From the UHGV virus genome UHGV-0146801: a stretch of DNA of 39,348 nucleotides. One strand, given 5' to 3'. Positions 27,649 to 36,678 of this stretch are shown in pieces. This stretch comes from a virus. Positions within the stretch are counted from its first letter, which is position 1. Each line of letters opens with the position of its first letter. The position numbers and the translations under genes were made by a program. The notes beneath the pieces are model-generated. The model was not told where the DNA came from. It did no database searches and was given only the letters and a program-made list of their open reading frames with translations.

Positions 27649-28063
27649 GCCATTCAATATCTGGCGCACCGGAAGTATCAACCAGTTCCAGTGCGTCCAG
27701 ATAATCCAGCCATAAATTATATTGTTCCAGCTCGTCACCTTTCAGACGACCAATAGCAGCTTTGCCAGGCCACTGATGGGTATTGATGTAGGTATTGACT
27801 TCTGAAACCAAAGATATTTTTTTCATTTCAGCCGTCAACACCTCATCCTCTTTTGAAGGTGGTGGGGAATTAATCCATACTGGCCGTCCTGAACTGTCAG
27901 CGCCAATTTCTTTCCCTTCTGGATGCAGACCAAGAAATTGCTCATATGTTTCTCTGGTAATTTCAATAACATCATCAGGAAGCGTTCCCGCACCCTCATA
28001 TTCTGGAAACAATTCTTGCAGATAAAAACTTTTACTTCCGGGTGAAAAGAATACTGAGTTCAT
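27620..28063 (-). CDS. Alternative tail fibre assembly chaperone (G')
   Basis: 147 aa on the opposite strand with the same Tfa C-terminal motif (LDYLDALELVDTSGAPDIEWPTPP). Confidence 0.75.
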   Translation of the reverse strand: MNSVFFSPGSKSFYLQELFPEYEGAGTLPDDVIEITRETYEQFLGLHPEGKEIGADSSGRPVWINSPPPSKEDEVLTAEMKKISLVSEVNTYINTHQWPGKAAIGRLKGDELEQYNLWLDYLDALELVDTSGAPDIEWPTPPAVQAR

Positions 28064-28065
28064 TA

Positions 28066-28560
28066 TTACCGTCCAATGATTAACGCTGAGACGCTGGTAT
28101 CTGAAGGAAAGGCTGCATTCAGTGGTTTGTCGACTTTGAACACAATCGTATTATTCCCCCTGACAGCGGCAAAAGAACAAACCGCAGTCGCGTATGAACC
28201 TGTAATATTACTGGATACACCACCATAAGCTGTTGTTGATACCAGAGGGATAACGCCCAGCACCTTATTAGGAAATACAAAGGGTAATGTGGCTGTGGCA
28301 ATATAAGACTTATTAGAACCTGTGATGGCATAAGCATTATCAGTCATTCCATTCATCGCCACTGGGCCGCTTATACTTACAGTAACCATCTGAATGATTA
28401 GCCCGTCAGGTTGACGAATCACAAAATTTCCATTGCCACCAGTAACCGTCCAGAAAGACATATCAGGGATTTGGTTTTCCCCGTTGCCCACATTCCGTTT
28501 TGCCGCTTCTCCCAAACCAACGTTTAAGAAAATGCAGATGTAACGGCTAACTGGCATCAT
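28066..28560 (-). CDS. Alternative tail fibre C-terminal (receptor-binding) segment (Hv')
   Basis: 164 aa ORF in reverse orientation sharing the in-frame GLGE crossover region with H. Confidence 0.65.
   Translation of the reverse strand: MMPVSRYICIFLNVGLGEAAKRNVGNGENQIPDMSFWTVTGGNGNFVIRQPDGLIIQMVTVSISGPVAMNGMTDNAYAITGSNKSYIATATLPFVFPNKVLGVIPLVSTTAYGGVSSNITGSYATAVCSFAAVRGNNTIVFKVDKPLNAAFPSDTSVSALIIGR
28506..28520. repeat. Right arm of 15-bp inverted repeat (CTTCTCCCAAACCAA on + strand)
   Basis: Reverse complement of 26550..26564. Confidence 0.5.
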
Positions 28561-28581
28561 CTCCGGTTTTTATTCAGGGGG

Positions 28582-29154
28582 ATGATCATGCTTATTGGCT
28601 ATGTACGTGTGTCAACAAATGACCAGAACACCGATTTGCAACGTAATGCACTGAACTGCGCGGGATGTGAGCGGATTTTTGAGGATAAAATCAGTGGCAC
28701 TAAGTCCGACAGACCGGGGCTGAAAAAACTGCTCAGGACACTATCGGCAGGAGACACGCTGGTTGTCTGGAAGCTGGACAGGTTGGGGCGCAGTATGCGG
28801 CATCTTGTTACGCTGATAGAAGAGTTACGCCAGCGTGGCGTGAATTTCCGAAGCCTGACTGACAGTATTGATACCAGCACCCCAATGGGCCGTTTCTTTT
28901 TTCATGTCATGGGGGCTCTGGCTGAAATGGAACGCGAACTGATAGTTGAACGTACCAGGGCGGGGCTGGCTGCAGCTCGTGTTAAAGGCAGAGTAGGTGG
29001 ACGCCGTCCTAAGTTGACCAGCGAACAGTGGGCACAGATTGGGCGTTTACTCGAGGCCGGAGAATCAAGACAGCGTATTGCACTGATTTTTGATGTAGGC
29101 GTTTCTACCATTTATAGAAAATTTCCGGCCAATAAGAGCATTGAATCCCCCTGA
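28582..29154 (+). CDS. Serine recombinase / DNA invertase (Hin/Gin/Cin/Pin family)
   Basis: N-terminal MLIGYVRVSTNDQNTDLQ with catalytic-serine context and C-terminal HTH; start may be ATG 28588. Confidence 0.9.
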   Translation: MIMLIGYVRVSTNDQNTDLQRNALNCAGCERIFEDKISGTKSDRPGLKKLLRTLSAGDTLVVWKLDRLGRSMRHLVTLIEELRQRGVNFRSLTDSIDTSTPMGRFFFHVMGALAEMERELIVERTRAGLAAARVKGRVGGRRPKLTSEQWAQIGRLLEAGESRQRIALIFDVGVSTIYRKFPANKSIESP

Positions 29155-29202
29155 ATCAGCATTATTTTGATTATCCCTGCAAGTAGACAAATACCGTCAT
29201 TT

Positions 29203-29220
29203 TGTGTGAATAACGGTACA
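29203..29220. promoter_or_regulatory. Late-promoter dyad TGT-N12-ACA upstream of FI
   Basis: TGTgtgaataacggtACA about 75 bp upstream of the FI start. Confidence 0.5.
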
Positions 29221-29296
29221 ACTGCGCTTAGCTGTTTGTCAGGCACAATCACTTCAACATAGGGCGAAGCCTAATCCAATCAGGAGGTTCGCCACT

Positions 29297-30469
29297 ATGG
29301 CTCAGGATTACCACCACGGGGTGCGCGTTGTTGAAGTCAACGAAGGCACCCGATCCATTACCACGGTGAGCACCGCCATCGTGGGTATGGTCTGCACGGG
29401 CGATGATGCCGATGCAAAAATGTTTCCTCTTAATAAACCCGTGCTGATCACTGATGTGCTGACTGCCAGCGGTAAAGCGGGTGAGTCCGGTACTCTGGCC
29501 CGTTCGCTGGATGCCATCGCTGACCAGGCAAAACCCGTGACCGTTGTTGTGCGTGTGCCGCAGGGTGAAACGGAAGACGAAACCACGACCAATATCATCG
29601 GCGCTGTGACTGCTGAAGGTAAAAAAACAGGCATGAAAGCCCTGCTATCTGCCCAGTCACAGCTCGGCGTTAAACCGCGCATTCTCGGCGTGCCAGGTCA
29701 CGATAACAAAGCCGTTGCGACTGAGTTGCTGAGCGTGGCGCAAAGCCTGCGTGGGTTTGCTTACCTGTCAGCGTATGGCTGCAAGACGGTACAGGAGGCG
29801 ATCACTTACCGTGAAAACTTCAGCCAGCGCGAAGGGATGCTGATCTGGCCTGACTTTACTGGCTGGGACACGGTGCTGAATGCCGAAGCAACGGCATATG
29901 CCACCGCCCGTGCGCTTGGTCTGCGCGCCAAAATTGACGAGCAGACCGGATGGCACAAAAGCCTGTCCAACGTGGGCGTGAACGGTGTCACCGGAATTTC
30001 TGCTGATGTGTTCTGGGATCTGCAGGACCCGGCAACAGATGCGGGACTGCTGAACCAGAACGACGTCACCACGCTTGTGCGTAAAGACGGTTTCCGCTTC
30101 TGGGGTTCCCGCTGCCTGAGTGATGACCCGCTCTTTGCCTTCGAAAACTACACCCGCACGGCGCAGGTGCTGATGGACACGATGGCAGAAGCACACATGT
30201 GGGCGGTGGATAAACCGCTTAACCCGTCGCTGGCCCGCGACATTATCGAAGGTATCCGCGCCAAAATGCGCAACCTGGTCAGTCAGGGCTATCTCATTGG
30301 TGGTGATTGCTGGCTGGACGAGTCGGTGAACGACAAAGATACGCTTAAAGCCGGAAAACTCACCATCGACTACGACTACACGCCAGTGCCGCCACTTGAA
30401 AACCTGATGCTGCGTCAGCGCATCACCGATCAGTACCTGATGAATTTTGCCAGCCAGGTCAGCGCGTAA
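29297..30469 (+). CDS. FI: Tail sheath protein, P2 gpFI-like
   Basis: 390 aa; position and size. Confidence 0.9.
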   Translation: MAQDYHHGVRVVEVNEGTRSITTVSTAIVGMVCTGDDADAKMFPLNKPVLITDVLTASGKAGESGTLARSLDAIADQAKPVTVVVRVPQGETEDETTTNIIGAVTAEGKKTGMKALLSAQSQLGVKPRILGVPGHDNKAVATELLSVAQSLRGFAYLSAYGCKTVQEAITYRENFSQREGMLIWPDFTGWDTVLNAEATAYATARALGLRAKIDEQTGWHKSLSNVGVNGVTGISADVFWDLQDPATDAGLLNQNDVTTLVRKDGFRFWGSRCLSDDPLFAFENYTRTAQVLMDTMAEAHMWAVDKPLNPSLARDIIEGIRAKMRNLVSQGYLIGGDCWLDESVNDKDTLKAGKLTIDYDYTPVPPLENLMLRQRITDQYLMNFASQVSA

Positions 30470-30478
30470 GGGGACAAC

Positions 30479-30994
30479 ATGGCTTTACCACGCAAATTAA
30501 AACATCTGAACCTGTTTAACGACGGGAACAACTGGCAGGGGATCGTAGAGTCGCTGACGCTGCCGAAATTCACCCGCAAATATGAGAAGTATCGCGGCGG
30601 CGGAATGCCGGGTGCAGTGGATGTGGATCTGGGGCTTGATGACAGTGCTCTGGACACAGAATTTTCCATTGGTGGTACTGAGCTGCTGCTGTTTAAGCAG
30701 ATGGGTAAAGCCACGGTGGATGGCATCCAGTTGCGCTTTACCGGCTCTATCCAGCGTGATGATACCGGGGAAGTGCAGGCCGTGGAGCTTGTGGTGCGTG
30801 GGCGTCACAAAGAAGTGGATTCCGGCGAGTGGAAGACGGGCGAAAGCAACACCACCAAAGTGACCAGTACCAACAGCTACGCGAAGCTGACTATCAATGG
30901 TGAGGTGCTCTATGAAGTGGACCTTATCAACATGGTGGAAATTGTGGACGGTGTGGACCTGATGGAAGCGCACCGCAACGCCCTCGGCCTCTGA
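30479..30994 (+). CDS. FII: Tail tube protein, P2 gpFII-like
   Basis: 171 aa; position and size. Confidence 0.9.
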   Translation: MALPRKLKHLNLFNDGNNWQGIVESLTLPKFTRKYEKYRGGGMPGAVDVDLGLDDSALDTEFSIGGTELLLFKQMGKATVDGIQLRFTGSIQRDDTGEVQAVELVVRGRHKEVDSGEWKTGESNTTKVTSTNSYAKLTINGEVLYEVDLINMVEIVDGVDLMEAHRNALGL

Positions 30995-31048
30995 TATATC
31001 TGAACGGCGCGGGATACCGCGCCAGAACCCAATTTACAGGACAGCAAA

Positions 31049-31351
31049 ATGAGCGATAAGCAGACTGAAAAGACCATTCAACTGGATACCCCCATCAAGC
31101 GCGGTAAAACAGAAATCACCGAAATTGTGCTGCGTAAACCGCAGTCCGGTGCGCTGCGCGGTACACGCCTGCAGGCCATTATGGATATGGATGTGAACGC
31201 GATGATGACCGTGATCCCTCGCATCTCCAGTCCGGCACTGACTGCACAGGAAATCGCAGAGATGGACCCGGCAGATCTCACAGCCATGTCGGTTGAGGTT
31301 GTCACTTTTTTGTTGAAGAAGTCGGTGCTTGCCGGTTTACCGACAGCCTGA
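31049..31351 (+). CDS. E: Tail assembly chaperone, P2 gpE-like
   Basis: 100 aa; contains slippery T7G near the 3' end. Confidence 0.8.
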   Translation: MSDKQTEKTIQLDTPIKRGKTEITEIVLRKPQSGALRGTRLQAIMDMDVNAMMTVIPRISSPALTAQEIAEMDPADLTAMSVEVVTFLLKKSVLAGLPTA

Positions 31352-31485
31352 CGGTTGACGATCTGGTGGCAGATATCGCCACCATTTTTCACTGGCCGCC
31401 ATCCGTTACTGACGTTATGCCGCTGACCGAAGTGCTGGAATGGCGGTATAAAGCGATTCAGAGATGCGGGGCCAACGATGAGTGA
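31305..31485 (+). other. Programmed -1 frameshift site (TTTTTTG at 31306..31312) and E' extension giving an E+E' fusion
   Basis: The -1 frame is open from 31312 to the TGA at 31483..31485 and encodes a plausible peptide (...IATIFHWPPSVTDVMPLTEVLEWRYKAIQRCGANDE). Confidence 0.65.
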
Positions 31486-34400
31486 TAACAACCTGCACCT
31501 GCAGGTCATTCTTAATGCGGTTGACAAACTCACCCGCCCATTCCGTGCTGCACAGGCCAGTTCGAAAGAGCTGGCTGGCGCAATCAGAAACTCCCGTGAT
31601 GCATTAAAGCAACTCAATCAGGCGGGTAACAGCCTGGAAAAATTTCGCAAGCTGCAGGCTGATAACAAGAAGTTAGGCGACAGGCTGAACTATGCCAGAC
31701 AGAAGGCTAATTTGCTTAGCTCTGAGCTGGAGGCGATGGAGCAACCATCACAAAGGCATCTTGTGGCTTTAGGTCGGCAAACGCTGGCAGTCCAACGCCT
31801 GGAAGAACAACAAAAATATTTGCAGAAGCAAACGGCGCTTGTGCGTGCAGAACTGTACCGGGCGGGAATTTCTGCGAAAGATGATGCGGGAGCAACTGCC
31901 CGTTTAGCCCGTGAAACATCACGTTATAACCAGGAACTGTCGAAACAGGAGGCGCGGCTGAAGCGACTGGGGGAAGCTCAGCGCAGGATGAATGCAGCGC
32001 GTGCCAGTTATGCCCGTTCGCTGGAGGTGCGTGATCGTATTGCAGGAGCCGGAGCCACCACCACGGCTGCAGGGCTGGCAATGGGAACACCAGTGATGGC
32101 GGCAGTAAAAAGCTATACCAGCATGGAAGATGCCATGAAAGGTGTGGCAAAGCAGGTCAATGGTCTGCGTGACGATAATGGCAACCGCACTGCACGTTTT
32201 TATGAAATGCAGGATGCCATCAAGGCTGCCAGCGAACAGTTGCCGATGGAAAACGGTGCGGTGGACTTCGCTGCACTGGTTGAAGGTGGTGCGCGCATGA
32301 ACGTCGCAAACCCTGACGACAGCTGGGAAGACCAGAAACGTGACCTGCTGGCCTTCGCCAGTACGGCAGCAAAGGCGGCAACAGCCTTTGAGCTGCCAGC
32401 GGATGAACTGTCAGAAAGTCTGGGGAAAATCGCCCAGCTCTACAAAATACCTACCCGCAATATTGAACAGCTCGGCGATGCGCTGAACTATCTGGATGAT
32501 AACGCCATGTCGAAAGGGGCGGACATCATTGATGTCATGCAACGTCTGGGCGGTGTGGCTGACCGTCTGGATTATCGTAAAGCGGCGGCACTGGGTTCCA
32601 CCTTTCTGACACTGGGCGCTGCGCCGGAGGTTGCAGCCAGTGCAGCAAACGCGATGGTGCGTGAATTGTCCATTGCCACCATGCAAAGCAAGAGTTTCTT
32701 TGAAGGGATGAATCTGCTGAAACTTAATCCTGAAGTGATTGAAAAGCAGATGACGAAGGATGCGATGGGAACTATCCAGCGTGTGCTGGAGAAGGTGAAC
32801 GCACTGCCGCAGGACAAGCGTCTGTCTGCCATGACCATGTTGTTTGGTAAAGAGTTTGGTGATGACGCGGCGAAACTGGCAAACAACCTGCCGGAACTGC
32901 AGCGCCAGCTAAAACTGACAGCGGGCAATGATGCGCTCGGTTCTATGCAGAAAGAATCCGACATCAACAAAGACTCACTTTCTGCTCAGTGGTTGCTGGT
33001 CAAAACCGGAGCGCAGAACACCTTTAGCAGCCTGGGCGAAACGCTGCGCCAGCCGCTGATGGATATTCTGTACACGGTGAAAAGCATCACGGGGGCGTTG
33101 CGCCGCTGGGTGGAAGCTAACCCGGAACTGACAGGCACACTGATGAAAGTAGCGGTTGTTGTGGCTGCGGTTACCGTAGGCCTCGGCACCTTAGCGGTGG
33201 CGCTGGCTGCAGTGCTGGGGCCGCTGGCAGTGATCCGTCTGGGATTCTCTGTGCTGGGTATCAAAACGTTACCTTCCGTTACGGCAGCAGTAACACGAAC
33301 CAGCAGCGCGTTGTCGTGGCTGGCTGGCGCACCACTGGCACTGCTGCGACGCGGGCTTGCTTCATCGGGCAACGCCGCAGGTTTACTCACTGCGCCGTTG
33401 TCGTCTTTGCGTCGCACGGCATCACTGACGGGGAATGTCCTGAAAACTGTAGCAGGTGCGCCGGTTGCACTATTGCGGTCTGGATTATCCGCTTTACGTG
33501 CTGTTGCTGTGATGTTTATGAATCCTCTGGCGGTACTGCGCGGTGGACTGACCGCCGCAGGTACGGTGCTGCGAGTACTGGCATCCGGTCCACTGGCGAT
33601 GCTGCGCGTTGCCCTGTATGCCATATCTGGTCTGTTAGGTGCTCTGCTCAGTCCGATAGGTCTTGTGGTTACTGCACTGGCAGGCGTGGCGCTGGTTGTC
33701 TGGAAATACTGGCAACCCATCACCGCATTTCTCGGTGGTGTGGTGGAAGGATTCAAAGCGGCGGCAGGTCCCATCAGTGCAGCATTCGAACCACTTAAGC
33801 CTGTGTTTCAGTGGATTGGCGACAAAGTGCAGGCGTTGTGGGGCTGGTTTACTGATCTGCTGACGCCTGTTAAGTCAACCTCTGCCGGACTGCAGAGCGC
33901 AGCGGCAATGGGGCGACGATTCGGGGAGGCTCTGGCGGAAGGGCTGAATATGGTCATGCATCCGCTGGACTCCCTGAAATCCGGCGTTTCCTGGTTGCTG
34001 GAGAAACTTGGCATTGTCAGTAAAGAGGCCGCAAAGGCAAAACTGCCGGAAAGCGTGACGCGTCAGCAACCTGCGACGGTGAATGCAGACGGTAAAGTGA
34101 TGATGACATCGGGTGGTTTTCCATCATGGGGATATGGCTTTGCGGGGATGTATGACAGCGGCGGCTATATCCCGCGCGGGCAGTTTGGCATCGTCGGTGA
34201 AAACGGGCCGGAAATTGTTAACGGCCCGGCAAATGTGACCAGCCGGAGAAATACAGCTGCACTGGCTGCCGTTGTTGCCGGAATGATGGGCGTTGCTGCC
34301 GCGCCAGCAGAGCTTCCACCGTTGCACCCTTTGGCACTTCCCGCGAAAGGCGGCGAAGCAATTGTGAGTCGCGCAGCCACTGTGCCGCCCGTTTACAGGA

Positions 34401-34555
34401 TTGAGGCACCGACGCAGATCATCATCCAGACGCAGCCAGGACAAAGTGCGCAGGATATTGCGCGGGAGGTGGCCCGCCAGCTTGATGAACGTGAACGCAG
34501 GCTGAAGGCAAAAGCCAGGAGTAACTACAGAGATCAGGGGGGATACGACGCATGA
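31478..34555 (+). CDS. T: Tail tape measure protein, P2 gpT-like
   Basis: 1025 aa; coiled-coil N-terminus, hydrophobic Ala/Leu-rich central region; position after E/E'. Confidence 0.9.
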   Translation: MSDNNLHLQVILNAVDKLTRPFRAAQASSKELAGAIRNSRDALKQLNQAGNSLEKFRKLQADNKKLGDRLNYARQKANLLSSELEAMEQPSQRHLVALGRQTLAVQRLEEQQKYLQKQTALVRAELYRAGISAKDDAGATARLARETSRYNQELSKQEARLKRLGEAQRRMNAARASYARSLEVRDRIAGAGATTTAAGLAMGTPVMAAVKSYTSMEDAMKGVAKQVNGLRDDNGNRTARFYEMQDAIKAASEQLPMENGAVDFAALVEGGARMNVANPDDSWEDQKRDLLAFASTAAKAATAFELPADELSESLGKIAQLYKIPTRNIEQLGDALNYLDDNAMSKGADIIDVMQRLGGVADRLDYRKAAALGSTFLTLGAAPEVAASAANAMVRELSIATMQSKSFFEGMNLLKLNPEVIEKQMTKDAMGTIQRVLEKVNALPQDKRLSAMTMLFGKEFGDDAAKLANNLPELQRQLKLTAGNDALGSMQKESDINKDSLSAQWLLVKTGAQNTFSSLGETLRQPLMDILYTVKSITGALRRWVEANPELTGTLMKVAVVVAAVTVGLGTLAVALAAVLGPLAVIRLGFSVLGIKTLPSVTAAVTRTSSALSWLAGAPLALLRRGLASSGNAAGLLTAPLSSLRRTASLTGNVLKTVAGAPVALLRSGLSALRAVAVMFMNPLAVLRGGLTAAGTVLRVLASGPLAMLRVALYAISGLLGALLSPIGLVVTALAGVALVVWKYWQPITAFLGGVVEGFKAAAGPISAAFEPLKPVFQWIGDKVQALWGWFTDLLTPVKSTSAGLQSAAAMGRRFGEALAEGLNMVMHPLDSLKSGVSWLLEKLGIVSKEAAKAKLPESVTRQQPATVNADGKVMMTSGGFPSWGYGFAGMYDSGGYIPRGQFGIVGENGPEIVNGPANVTSRRNTAALAAVVAGMMGVAAAPAELPPLHPLALPAKGGEAIVSRAATVPPVYRIEAPTQIIIQTQPGQSAQDIAREVARQLDERERRLKAKARSNYRDQGGYDA

Positions 34556-35037
34556 TGATGGTGCTGGGATTGTACGTGTTTATGCTGCGCACCGTGCCGT
34601 ATCAGGAACTGCAGTATCAGCGCAGCTGGCGACATGCGGCTAACAGTCGGGTAAATCGTCGTCCATCCACGCAGTTTCTGGGACCGGACAACGACATGCT
34701 GACGCTTTCTGGTGTTCTTATGCCGGAGATAACAGGCGGCAGGCTGTCATTGCTGGCACTGGAGCAGATGGCAGAGCAGGGGAAAGCATGGCCCCTGATT
34801 GAAGGCAGCGGCACGATTTACGGCATGTATGTGATTGAGGGACTGAATCAGACCAAAACGGAGTTTTTCCGCGACGGTATGCCGCGCCGGATTGAGTTCA
34901 CCCTGTCGCTCAAACGGGTGGATGAATCTCTGTCCGATATGTTTGGTGATCTCAGTGCGCAGCTGAATAATCTGCAGGACATGGCAACATCTGCCTTAAG
35001 TGATATCAGTAAAACGGTGGGAGGGCTGCTGTCATGA
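34552..35037 (+). CDS. U: Tail protein, P2 gpU-like
   Basis: 161 aa; position. Confidence 0.8.
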   Translation: MMMVLGLYVFMLRTVPYQELQYQRSWRHAANSRVNRRPSTQFLGPDNDMLTLSGVLMPEITGGRLSLLALEQMAEQGKAWPLIEGSGTIYGMYVIEGLNQTKTEFFRDGMPRRIEFTLSLKRVDESLSDMFGDLSAQLNNLQDMATSALSDISKTVGGLLS

Positions 35038-36134
35038 ATTTCAGCTCTGAACTGCTTAACAAAGGCAACAAAACTCCGGCATTCAGTATCAGTATTGAGG
35101 GCAGGGATATCACCACTGTGCTGGATAACCGTCTGATGAGTCTGACGCTGACGGACAATCGGGGCTTTGAAGCGGACCAGCTTGATCTGGAGCTGGACGA
35201 CGCCGACGGAAAAATCGTGCTGCCGCGCCGTGGTGCGGTCATTACGCTGGCGCTGGGCTGGAAGGGGCAGCCGCTTTTCCCGAAAGGGGCATTCACGGTG
35301 GACGAGATTGAACACACTGGCGCACCGGACCGCCTGACTATTCGGGCGCGAAGTGCTGATTTTCGTGAAACGCTGAATACCCGCCGTGAAAAGTCGTGGC
35401 ACAAGACCACCGTCGGGGAAGTAGTGAAGGAAATAGCCGTACGTCACAAGCTGAAGATGGCACTGGGTAAAGACCTGTCGGATAAGCCTGTGGAGCATAT
35501 AGACCAGACTAATGAGAGTGACGGCAGTTTTCTGATGCGGCTGGCGCGCCAGTACGGTGCTATTGCGTCGGTGAAAAATGGCAATCTGTTATTCATCCGG
35601 CAGGGACAGGGTAAAAGTGCTAGCGGTAAACCACTGCCGGTGATCACTATCACACGTAAGGACGGCGACAGTCACCGCTTTACCCTGGCAGATCGCGGAG
35701 CCTACACGGGCGTAATTGCCAGCTGGTTGCATACCCGCGAACCTGCGAAGAAAGAAAGCACCACGGTGAAGCGTAAGCGCAGAACTAAGAAGCAGAAGAA
35801 AGAGCCGGAAGCGAAGCAGGGCGATTACCTGGTGGGTACGGATGAAAACGTGCTGGTACTTAATCGCACTTATGCCAACCGGAGCAACGCCGAACGAGCG
35901 GCGAAAATGCAGTGGGAACGCCTGCAACGCGGCGTTGCGTCATTTTCTCTACAACTGGCAGAAGGGCGGGCAGATCTCTACACGGAAATGCCTGTGAAGG
36001 TCAGTGGTTTTAAACAGCCGATAGATGATGCGGAATGGACCATTACGACTCTGACACATACCGTCAGCCCGGATAATGGTTTTACGACCAGTCTGGAGCT
36101 TGAAGTGAGGATTGATGATTTCGAAATGGAATGA
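35034..36134 (+). CDS. D: Tail/baseplate hub protein, P2 gpD-like
   Basis: 366 aa; position. Confidence 0.85.
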   Translation: MNFSSELLNKGNKTPAFSISIEGRDITTVLDNRLMSLTLTDNRGFEADQLDLELDDADGKIVLPRRGAVITLALGWKGQPLFPKGAFTVDEIEHTGAPDRLTIRARSADFRETLNTRREKSWHKTTVGEVVKEIAVRHKLKMALGKDLSDKPVEHIDQTNESDGSFLMRLARQYGAIASVKNGNLLFIRQGQGKSASGKPLPVITITRKDGDSHRFTLADRGAYTGVIASWLHTREPAKKESTTVKRKRRTKKQKKEPEAKQGDYLVGTDENVLVLNRTYANRSNAERAAKMQWERLQRGVASFSLQLAEGRADLYTEMPVKVSGFKQPIDDAEWTITTLTHTVSPDNGFTTSLELEVRIDDFEME

Positions 36135-36224
36135 TTCTTCGCAATGGAGAACTTTTAAGTTTGCAAAATGGAATAATGCGGTATCATTATTGTGAATTTA
36201 GCAAAAATGGGGAGAACTCGAAAA

Positions 36225-36443
36225 ATGATGATTTGCCCACTGTGTGGAAGTGCCGCCCATACTCGCAGCAGTTTTCAGGTATCTTCATTGACCAAAGAGC
36301 GTTACAACCAGTGCCAGAATATTAACTGCAGCCATACTTTTGTAACCCATGAAACTTTTGTTCGTTCGATTGCAACGCCAAAAGAGTCAAATCCGGTTCA
36401 GCCGCATCCAATGAAATCAGGACAGGGGGCGCTCTCTCTTTGA
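36225..36443 (+). CDS. ogr: Late gene transcriptional activator Ogr (zinc finger)
   Basis: MMICPLCGSAAHTRSS...ERYNQCQNINCSHTF matches recalled P2 Ogr CxxC...CxxxxC pattern; 72 aa. Confidence 0.85.
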   Translation: MMICPLCGSAAHTRSSFQVSSLTKERYNQCQNINCSHTFVTHETFVRSIATPKESNPVQPHPMKSGQGALSL

Positions 36444-36520
36444 CTCTGCCGCCAATTTGTCGCCATCATTAAAAAACAGTGCGTCTAACATCATGATTTT
36501 AAAAAGCATAAATTTCAGGC

Positions 36521-36534
36521 AACAAAAAACCCAT
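36521..36534. repeat. Right copy of 14-bp direct repeat AACAAAAAACCCAT (candidate att core), inside the ybjL terminator hairpin region
   Basis: Identical to 603..616; on the minus strand the flanking stem CCCATCAACC/GGTTGATGGG plus T6 forms a terminator-like structure downstream of ybjL. Confidence 0.55.
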
Positions 36535-36678
36535 CAACCTTGAACCGAAATGGCGGGGTTGATGGGCTCCACAAAATGGGGACATCAAAGAAAAGCAGTG
36601 GCACTAATTAAGACTGATGCCCTGCGGAAAAGTTCTGCGGTTGTGCAAAAAAATTTCATTTTCAGGGCAACTTCAGTT

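Larger units (their letters stand above)
603..36534. mobile_element. P2/186-like prophage (Peduovirus-type), about 35.9 kb
   Basis: Complete P2 gene order from int to ogr, flanked by a 14-bp direct repeat and host genes. Confidence 0.9.

Noticed and set aside
28545-28580. Canonical gix/cix-type 26-bp crossover site immediately upstream of the invertase
   Set aside because: The sequence here (CCGGTTTTTATTCAGG) only loosely resembles the recalled gix half-site and has no inverted partner in H; the in-frame 15-bp repeat at 26550/28506 is a better candidate.
32986-33774. 262-aa reverse-strand ORF within the tape measure gene
   Set aside because: Antisense to gpT; Ala/Thr/Pro/Ser-rich low-complexity translation typical of the opposite strand of a GC-rich gene.
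34848-35498. 216-aa reverse-strand ORF overlapping U and D
   Set aside because: Antisense to two well-supported late genes; no independent support.
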